Positions 38,988 through 46,315 of a DNA stretch of 64,000 bases are shown in pieces (the first letter of the stretch is position 1; the number at the start of each line of letters is the position of its first letter). The notes below the pieces were generated by a model. That model saw nothing but the letters and a program-made list of their open reading frames with translations, made no database searches and was not told where the DNA came from. This DNA comes from an uncultured Rickettsiales bacterium (GTDB taxonomy: Bacteria; Pseudomonadota; Alphaproteobacteria; Rs-D84). The stretch spans positions 78,411-142,410 of the forward strand of contig URBZ01000002.1 in the NCBI GenBank assembly GCA_900546225.1, in the 5' to 3' direction. A program made the translations under genes and the position numbers.

Positions 38988-39224
38988 TCAAAAACGTAAT
39001 GCCATGGATATTAAAACAAGCCCGTGTGACCGCTGATTTGTTCGTTGTCGATGTAAATGACCCCTTGGGAAAACGCATCGCATTGGTCTTTGAATATGCA
39101 CCCCAGAAACGCCAACAATTCCTTTTTGAATTCTGTCCACCACGGACCAGCTTCGTTCGGGAATAATATGTGATTTTATAAGTTCCCTTTCTTGCCCACA
39201 AAATTTACAAATTCTAACTACCAT
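38988..39224 (-). pseudogene. truncated HNH-type protein fragment (N-terminal CxxC...HIIPE only)
   Basis: 78 aa. MVVRICKFCGQERELIKSHIIPE resembles the N-terminus of the 346-aa HNH-like protein at 55602..56642 (CIFCGKKPENKNKEHVIPQWL). The rest of the fragment is low-complexity. Confidence 0.3.
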
Positions 39225-39434
39225 ACGGTAAAAATAGTTTTTTTAATGTGATTGTCAAGATTTAGAACCACCCATACTCAATATAGACATCATTTGAAAT
39301 ATCGACAAAAAACATTCAACTCCAAGTTGTATTTTTCAAATACATACACAATATTTCCTAAAAACGCATAAGACAGTCAATAAATACATAACACACATGC
39401 AAATTCAATCAATCATAAAAAGGGACTTATAAAA

Positions 39435-41735
39435 TTATATTTTTATACTCAATGCGTTAAAATGCTTTTTGTCTGTACTTTTGATAAAATGGAACAAATC
39501 TGCAATTTCGTCTCGGCCAGCCACATAGCTAAAGTTCTGACATCCGGAAATCGCGCCAACACCATTCGAATGAGAAAACGCATTGGCCACGCCCCATAAA
39601 TAGTGAAATCTATTATTATCATTTTCTGTCAGACAGTTAAACTTTTTCAAATACGAATTTGTATTAGGAATCTTTGCATCCAAGTAAGTTTCTAGTACCC
39701 GTCGAATAAGATTACCTATGCATACGTCTGGGGGTGTTCGTTTATTCTGATAAAATTCATTTAATTTCTGTACAAGATCCAAATATTCAGAAGTACTGTT
39801 TTGTAAGTAATCACTAGCCATTCTAATCTTTGAACCCACTGATGCTATTTTTTGTATTTCAAATATCTTGAAATTATTCTTATCTATATGTTTCATAGCT
39901 TCTCTAATTTTTACAAAAAAATAGAAATTATGTGTCAGCAATATTACTTGCTCACATTTTTTTATAGTGGTAACTATCCAGTCACCTATTTGGAATAGAT
40001 TCTTACTATCCAAGCTAGAAACAGGATCATCAATAACTATTATTGGACTTTCCTTTCCGGCTTTTTTCATCGATTGAATTGGAATGATAAAATACAAAAA
40101 TGCGATAAGAGTTTTCTCACCTTCGCTTAGATTTTTTGCATCAACGAATGTACCATCGTCAAGCTTTCTTTGTATTGTATAAACATTCTCCCTTGGGCCC
40201 TCTCTAAAAGAGATATTATTTAATGCAGATTGTTCCAATGCTTTATTGATCAACATAATAATTTTAGACTTCTCGGCCAACTTACGCTTACAATCCAGTT
40301 TCTGCTTTTCTAAATCACCTAATCTTTGTTTGTCTGTATCCCTATCTTTTGTTTTTTGTTTTATTTTTTCATCCATTATATTTAATGTCTGTGAATTCTT
40401 TTGGATATAAAACAGAACCACTTGCTGCTTATATTTTACTTTTCTACTTTCCAGAGAATCTATAATTGCATTGTGTTGTTGTATTATAACCTCTATCGTC
40501 TTTATCGATTTTATTAAACATTGTAAATTATCATATATCTGATTTTCGTACGTTATAGAATACGTTGTCTCCAAATTAAGTGCTTTTTTTGCAACAGATT
40601 CATCTAATTTTTCTAAGAGTGGTTTCAGCTCTATCAATATGTTATTTATTTGATTCTTTTCTGCAATATACCTATCATACGCACTGTCCCTAGATAATTT
40701 AGAAGCATCCGGCAAAGATATTTCAACTTGTTCTATAAGTTCCCTATTATCTCTCAAGACATCTATTAACGTCCAAAAAGCTTTTTCTTGCATATCAAAA
40801 ACAACATCTTTCTTGACCAACTCTTTTATTTCTTGATAACGCTGCTGCCAGAAATCATCGGCAATCTTTTGATTACAAAACAAACAATTAGAATGATTAC
40901 CCCGGTGCAATGCCAAGCCACTTTCTAACCACTGTTTTATATTCTCTGTTCCAGGATTGGAATTTCTGGATAACGATGTCTGCAAAATATCTATTATCGA
41001 TTTATACGCATCAATATTGAAATCTGCATCAAAGTTTCTTAATTTATTGACTATATTTAATTCTATTTTCGTTTTTATTGGTTCAATAAAAATATCTCTT
41101 GCGTGATTTTTTTCTTCTTCACTAATGCGTTCCTCTTTATCCTGTTGCACACGTTCTAAATCTATCTTTAATTGCTTTTGTGTATACTTCTGCGGGCTAT
41201 CAATATGCAAGCAAATACGTATTTCTTTTGCAACATTACTTAGAAAATCATTTTTTTGTTGTTCTAGCTTTTGCAGCTCTATATTTGACTTTAAGTCCGT
41301 ACCACCACCAACAACAAGGGTTTCAATATCCGCATTGATTTTATTTAGTTTTTCTGTAATTTTTATATTTTGATCACCAATAATAATATCAACTTTGTTT
41401 GCTCGAGATTTTTTTAAGGAAAGATTATTCTCTATAAAATCCGTATTAAAAACTTTTATTTTATCTATCAATGGCCCATCTACTACAGAACGAAAAACCT
41501 TTCTTTTTCCGCCAACTTTGTAACACAACTCGCCTTTAGAAAAATTGTACAGCACGTTATTTTCATTGTCTACGTATTGCATTTGACCACGACTGATACA
41601 TTCAAACATTCGACTAAGAGTTGTTTTCCCAGTGCCATTGTAACCATAAAACAGATTGTATTTTGCTAATTTTACTGTTTCTGACTGCTTACGAAAACTA
41701 CCTATGTTAGAAATCTTTTGAATAGCATCTATCAT
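39435..41735 (-). CDS. RloC/PrrC-family AAA ATPase with coiled-coil insertion (predicted anticodon-nuclease-type abortive-infection protein)
   Basis: 766 aa. Walker A GYNGTGKTT. Long coiled coil with CLFCNQ (CxxC, zinc-hook-like). ABC signature NLSEGEKTLIAFLYF. Walker B IIVIDDPVSSLD. H-loop LLTHNFYF. C-terminal about 160 aa with IRRVLE (RxxxE), then His about 33 aa later in RFHYLW (PrrC-like ACNase spacing). Confidence 0.55.
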   Translation of the reverse strand: MIDAIQKISNIGSFRKQSETVKLAKYNLFYGYNGTGKTTLSRMFECISRGQMQYVDNENNVLYNFSKGELCYKVGGKRKVFRSVVDGPLIDKIKVFNTDFIENNLSLKKSRANKVDIIIGDQNIKITEKLNKINADIETLVVGGGTDLKSNIELQKLEQQKNDFLSNVAKEIRICLHIDSPQKYTQKQLKIDLERVQQDKEERISEEEKNHARDIFIEPIKTKIELNIVNKLRNFDADFNIDAYKSIIDILQTSLSRNSNPGTENIKQWLESGLALHRGNHSNCLFCNQKIADDFWQQRYQEIKELVKKDVVFDMQEKAFWTLIDVLRDNRELIEQVEISLPDASKLSRDSAYDRYIAEKNQINNILIELKPLLEKLDESVAKKALNLETTYSITYENQIYDNLQCLIKSIKTIEVIIQQHNAIIDSLESRKVKYKQQVVLFYIQKNSQTLNIMDEKIKQKTKDRDTDKQRLGDLEKQKLDCKRKLAEKSKIIMLINKALEQSALNNISFREGPRENVYTIQRKLDDGTFVDAKNLSEGEKTLIAFLYFIIPIQSMKKAGKESPIIVIDDPVSSLDSKNLFQIGDWIVTTIKKCEQVILLTHNFYFFVKIREAMKHIDKNNFKIFEIQKIASVGSKIRMASDYLQNSTSEYLDLVQKLNEFYQNKRTPPDVCIGNLIRRVLETYLDAKIPNTNSYLKKFNCLTENDNNRFHYLWGVANAFSHSNGVGAISGCQNFSYVAGRDEIADLFHFIKSTDKKHFNALSIKI

Positions 41736-41752
41736 CGTGTAACTTCTTATGC

Positions 41753-43078
41753 TTATTTTAGATCCTCAAATGCTTTCGCCATTGTCGGGTTATTTCTTGT
41801 CAAACGTTTTATTGATAAATTCTGCGCTTTATCATTAGCCAAACGCAGATTATTTTCAGTCCCGAGTAAGGCATCCTTTATTTTTTGCAAGTGATCTATT
41901 GTCTTATCAATTTCTTCTATAGCCTTCTTGAATTTGTCGCTGGCTGTTTTATAATTCCGACCAAAGCGATCTCTAAACTCATTCATTTCTGCTTCAAAAT
42001 TTGAGACATCGATATTGGCCTGCTTGTATTCTGCAATTTGTTGTTTGTATTGAACAGAATTCAGTGCCGCATTCCGTAACAATGTTATAATTGGAATAAA
42101 ACATTGTGGTCTTACAACATACATTTTTGGATATTTGTGCGACACATCAACAATACCAGCATTATATAATTCATTGTCAGATTCCAGCAACGAAACCAAA
42201 ACAGCATATTCACAATTTTTATCCTTTCGGTCTTTATCAAGTTCTTTGAAAAAATCTTCATTTTTGTGTTTTGTGGCTGTTGTATCCATCTCGTTTTTCA
42301 TTTCAAACATAATGGATATAAATTCCGTTTTTTTATCAACATCTGCATAATCACGAAATATAAAATCGCCCTTACTTCCATTCTTGACTTCGTTGTCTTT
42401 TTCGAAATATGCATTTGGGAATGCTGCAGGCCGCATCCGTTCAAATTCAATATGACAGTGTTGTTCCAATGTCTCTCCTACCATTTTTGTGGACATTTTT
42501 GTTTTCATGTCCTTGTATAGCGCAATTTCGACATCTTTTGCCTTTAATTGTGCATCATATTCACTTTTTAATGTTTGTTGTTTTAATTCAATATCTTGTG
42601 CGGCCGCCTTTACTTCGCCCTGCAAGGCAAGAATTTGCGCGTCTTTTTCAAAAAGCATATCCTTTGATTTACTTAATGCCTTTTCTACTGCAATTACCTT
42701 TTCCTGCTCTGATGCATTTATACGTGCTTTGAATTCGACAATTTGTTCATTCAAACATGCAATAGACTTTGCTTTGTCCGCTTCTATACCCGCAATTTTT
42801 AACTTCATTTCAGCCGCAGCATCGCGCTCTGCCGATGAAATTTTCTCTTTGAGTGTTGCTATTTCTTCTTTTAACGCAGAAATTGATAATTCTTTATCGT
42901 TTTTTGCCTGTTCTTTTAATAAGTCGATTTCACTTTTTGATTGCGCCTTATATTGTTGTAATCGCAACGCAACCTCCTTGTCAAACTCAACATTTTTAAT
43001 TTGACTTACAATCGCTGCATAACCCGATTCATCAATAGTGAATTGCGTATTACATTTCGGACATTTTATCTCGTGCAT
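41753..43078 (-). CDS. DUF2130 family protein (N-terminal zinc ribbon, long coiled coil, C-terminal nuclease-like domain)
   Basis: 441 aa from ATG 43078 (RBS AAGGAGAAATAT). N-terminus MHEIKCPKCNTQFTIDESGYAAIV is typical of DUF2130. 17 nt upstream of the RloC-like gene. Confidence 0.65.
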   Translation of the reverse strand: MHEIKCPKCNTQFTIDESGYAAIVSQIKNVEFDKEVALRLQQYKAQSKSEIDLLKEQAKNDKELSISALKEEIATLKEKISSAERDAAAEMKLKIAGIEADKAKSIACLNEQIVEFKARINASEQEKVIAVEKALSKSKDMLFEKDAQILALQGEVKAAAQDIELKQQTLKSEYDAQLKAKDVEIALYKDMKTKMSTKMVGETLEQHCHIEFERMRPAAFPNAYFEKDNEVKNGSKGDFIFRDYADVDKKTEFISIMFEMKNEMDTTATKHKNEDFFKELDKDRKDKNCEYAVLVSLLESDNELYNAGIVDVSHKYPKMYVVRPQCFIPIITLLRNAALNSVQYKQQIAEYKQANIDVSNFEAEMNEFRDRFGRNYKTASDKFKKAIEEIDKTIDHLQKIKDALLGTENNLRLANDKAQNLSIKRLTRNNPTMAKAFEDLK

Positions 43079-43088
43079 ATATTTCTCC

Positions 43089-43421
43089 TTAAATCTTGGA
43101 CACATCTAGGTCAACATGCGCGACACACTGCTGCTCACATTTGTGTTGACACTGTTCATCTGTGTACCATTGACCATCACGCACAACCAAGCGAGACATT
43201 TTTGCAATTTTAAAGCAACGCCACGACGCAGGTATTTCCGTTGGTATCTGCCCTTTGCTGCTTTCTCCAGCAAACTGATACCCTAGCAACTGTTCTTGGC
43301 CTTGGTCATTCAATCCGATTATATGTGGACACACTTCTCGATGAAATCCGTCATAATCAAAAAACAATTGCTGTTTGTGCTCAATTGCACCCCTAATAAC
43401 CATATAGTTTTCAGACGCCAT
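43089..43421 (-). CDS. small WYL-like domain protein (no HTH)
   Basis: About 110 aa from MASENY (RBS AAGAGGAAAAAGC). QLFFDYDGFHREVCPHIIG...LLGYQF...IPASWRCFKIAKMSRL fits the WYL-fold pattern (R.v.P..l...W.R.FrldRI). Stop is 10 nt before the DUF2130 start. Confidence 0.35.
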   Translation of the reverse strand: MASENYMVIRGAIEHKQQLFFDYDGFHREVCPHIIGLNDQGQEQLLGYQFAGESSKGQIPTEIPASWRCFKIAKMSRLVVRDGQWYTDEQCQHKCEQQCVAHVDLDVSKI

Positions 43422-44021
43422 GCTTTTTCCTCTTGTTTTACAATAAAGAGATAGCACACATTAGGAACAAAAGCAATAACTTATTGTAATTACTGTATTT
43501 TAGGAAATTTTTCCCAATATTTTTGTGATATATTGCTTTTATGTGCAACATAACTGGATATATTGTCGCGCATCACGCGCTTTTTTGCACCAATACAGAG
43601 TATTACAGACCACAATTCAACCACAGGTTGTACAAAGACGAAAATTCAATTTATTTTTTACAAACATCCTAACCATCAGACAAAATTCGCGTGATACGCG
43701 AATTTATGCAAATATTCAATCACCGGTTACACAATGCGTTTTTTATAAAGAAATCAACCAATACTAGAATTTACACCTAATTTTGTACTATATGCAAACT
43801 TTTTTACAACTTTACACATTTATACCATTTAGACAATCGACATCTGAAAACCGCCCTGCAATTCAACCATTGGTTGAATTGTTTATATTTTTCTATCACT
43901 GCTTACAAAAACAGCTGTTTTTTCTACCACAGATTGTATTTTATGACAAAATCAACTTATTGTAGAATACACTGTTCGTTTTTTGAGATTTTACGTAATT
44001 ATCACACAAAAAACATATCTC

Positions 44022-44915
44022 GTTATAGGCTGCTTCTCAAATCGTCTTTGATATAATCATTTTTTCGTTCGCTTTTCGCAACTTACAGTTATAGGTTGCT
44101 TCTCAAATCGTCTTTGATATAATGTGAATTACCAGAAATAGGCAATTTAACCTGTTATAGGTTGCTTCTCAAATCGTCTTTGATATAATTTATATGCTTA
44201 GCATGTGCGAGCGTCTACGGTTATAGGTTGCTTCTCAAATCGTCTTTGATATAATCCAGCATTCGCAACGGTACAAATCAACCCGGTTATAGGTTGCTTC
44301 TCAAATCGTCTTTGATATAATCGAAATATGTAGAACAGAGCACTCGAAGGAGTTATAGGTTGCTTCTCAAATCGTCTTTGATATAATGGCACATCTTTGT
44401 CAACCTGCGCCTGCAAAGTTATAGGTTGCTTCTCAAATCGTCTTTGATATAATGTCAACAGTCGCAATAACATTTCCCATCGTGTTATAGGTTGCTTCTC
44501 AAATCGTCTTTGATATAATAAAAAGGATTAAGCTATGATACTCAGAGATGTTATAGGTTGCTTCTCAAATCGTCTTTGATATAATGTCAACAGTCGCAAT
44601 AACATTTCCCATCGTGTTATAGGTTGCTTCTCAAATCGTCTTTGATATAATAACACAATCCCGGTGTGGTATGTAAACCTGGTTATAGGTTGCTTCTCAA
44701 ATCGTCTTTGATATAATCGAATTCAAAGACCTTGATTGGGCGCATTTGTTATAGGTTGCTTCTCAAATCGTCTTTGATATAATATTCGGGGTTGTACCAC
44801 GTAACACAATTCCGTTATAGGTTGCTTCTCAAATCGTCTTTGATATAATAAACCATTCGAACACATTTACACGTGCAATGTTATAGGTTGCTTCTCAAAT
44901 CGTCTTTGATATAAT
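44022..44915 (+). CRISPR. CRISPR array, 14 x 36-bp repeats (GTTATAGGTTGCTTCTCAAATCGTCTTTGATATAAT), 13 spacers of 30 nt, period 66
   Basis: Repeat starts at 44022, 44088, 44154, 44220, 44286, 44352, 44418, 44484, 44550, 44616, 44682, 44748, 44814, 44880. The first repeat is degenerate (GGC for GGT). Spacers 7 and 9 are identical. Each repeat ends in TTTGATATAAT (extended -10). Confidence 0.95.
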
Positions 44916-44922
44916 AGACACA

Positions 44923-44957
44923 CAAAAACCCACTGATAAAAGTGGGTTTTTGTGTAT
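44923..44957. terminator. bidirectional hairpin terminator between the array and cas2 (CACAAAAACCCACT-GATAAA-AGTGGGTTTTTGTG)
   Basis: 14-bp inverted repeat seen directly in the sequence; symmetric, so functional on both strands. Confidence 0.5.
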
Positions 44958-45018
44958 TATATTCAACAAAAAACGTACGTATTGCCATCGGCTGATGACG
45001 AATCGTCTTGTTTTTTTA

Positions 45019-45351
45019 TCAAAACATCAGTAATTGTTGCGAACTGATTTTTTCTGCCGTGGGCGCATCGCCAACCAAAAACAGCATATCTGCGAATTGT
45101 TTTTCCGTGACGGTTAAAACCCTGATTGAACCAGATGGCGGCGTCAAATGTCGCAATCGTTGTAAATGCTTCTCCATTCCGGCCAACCCCTTGACTATTC
45201 GGGAATATACCGAGAATTGCATCATGTAATACCCGTCGTTCAACAAGTCGTTTCTGAAACGCGTAGCATATTTCCGTTCACGCTTTGTGCCAACGGGCAA
45301 ATCAAAGAATACTATTATACGCATAAATTTTTCCTGACGGTTGTACAACAT
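45019..45351 (-). CDS. cas2: CRISPR-associated endoribonuclease Cas2
   Basis: 110 aa; MLYNRQEKFMRIIVFFDLPV...RFRNDLLNDGYYMMQFSVY. Confidence 0.85.
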   Translation of the reverse strand: MLYNRQEKFMRIIVFFDLPVGTKRERKYATRFRNDLLNDGYYMMQFSVYSRIVKGLAGMEKHLQRLRHLTPPSGSIRVLTVTEKQFADMLFLVGDAPTAEKISSQQLLMF

Positions 45352-45352
45352 T

Positions 45353-46267
45353 TTAGTTCTGGGTATTTACTATTTCTGGTGCTGATTTTATAGATGGCAA
45401 TTTCAATGCATCTAAGTTTTTATTACAAAAACATGTTGCCACGGATTCTGCATACAGCGGCATGGCATTCAGCACCGAATGTCGAACACCACCAAAGGCG
45501 CAACTGTGCAATAATACCGACACCAATCGTTGTTTGATATTTGGGGTTAAATGCGCACAACCATCAAAATCAAATGACAGCACAATAAAGTCCACAAATG
45601 GCCGCCACGGTTCAATCATGTCGTCGACCATGCAAAAATTATCAAGTTTGTTACAATGATGTACGCCATAAAAAGGTAACAGACCCGCACCAACCGCGCT
45701 GCGTGCGACACACCCGCGTAATATGGCATAGCCGTAATTCAATGCATGATTTCGTACATCGGCATCATCACTGCGGTTGAAATTTTCCCACAGGGCCGAC
45801 CAATAGATACGAGCCGCAAGCCCCTCTATATTTTTAGTGTCACCAGACGCGACATTTTCAGCCAAAATTTCCAAACGCTTATATGCGGGATTATCACACA
45901 ACTTTAAGATTGCCGATTGATTTCGAATTTTTTGTTTAACAATTTCTTGCCACATACGTTTACGGAATGGCAACGACGATGCAATTTGTGCATGCGCAAT
46001 TTCAGTATATCTGGAATTATTATGAAACGGAAAGAATGCACCATTCGGCAGGTGTGACGCATCACAAGAAAACGCAACCACGCCGTTTTCAGCCAATTCA
46101 GACATCAGCGCAGATGTAATTTGAATCTGGGGATTTTCCAGTATGACAACCGCGATATCTTCTAATGGGATATCTTGGACACCACCGGTGTCACCAGTCC
46201 AGTGCAGTTGCTTGTGCCGAACACAAATCCGACATGGATTTGTCAGGGTCAGAATACGCCAAGACAT
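45353..46267 (-). CDS. cas1: CRISPR-associated endonuclease Cas1 (type II)
   Basis: 304 aa; typical Cas1 beta-sandwich and alpha-helical domain motifs (HALNYGYAILRG...); 1-nt gap to cas2. Confidence 0.9.
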   Translation of the reverse strand: MSWRILTLTNPCRICVRHKQLHWTGDTGGVQDIPLEDIAVVILENPQIQITSALMSELAENGVVAFSCDASHLPNGAFFPFHNNSRYTEIAHAQIASSLPFRKRMWQEIVKQKIRNQSAILKLCDNPAYKRLEILAENVASGDTKNIEGLAARIYWSALWENFNRSDDADVRNHALNYGYAILRGCVARSAVGAGLLPFYGVHHCNKLDNFCMVDDMIEPWRPFVDFIVLSFDFDGCAHLTPNIKQRLVSVLLHSCAFGGVRHSVLNAMPLYAESVATCFCNKNLDALKLPSIKSAPEIVNTQN

Positions 46268-46315
46268 TTAATTGTCCTTTGTTTGTATCCTTTCCCACAC
46301 AGGTGATATAGTGCA

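Noticed and set aside
42135-43004. Plus-strand ORFs 42135..42350, 42266..42520, 42409..42732 and 42489..43004
   Set aside because: Antisense to the DUF2130 gene; Phe/Cys/Ser-rich shadow ORFs from AT-rich coding sequence.
44198-44473. 91-aa minus-strand ORF with repeated YQRRFEKQPIT units
   Set aside because: It is the translation of the CRISPR repeats themselves; the periodic peptide repeat is an artefact of the 66-bp array period.
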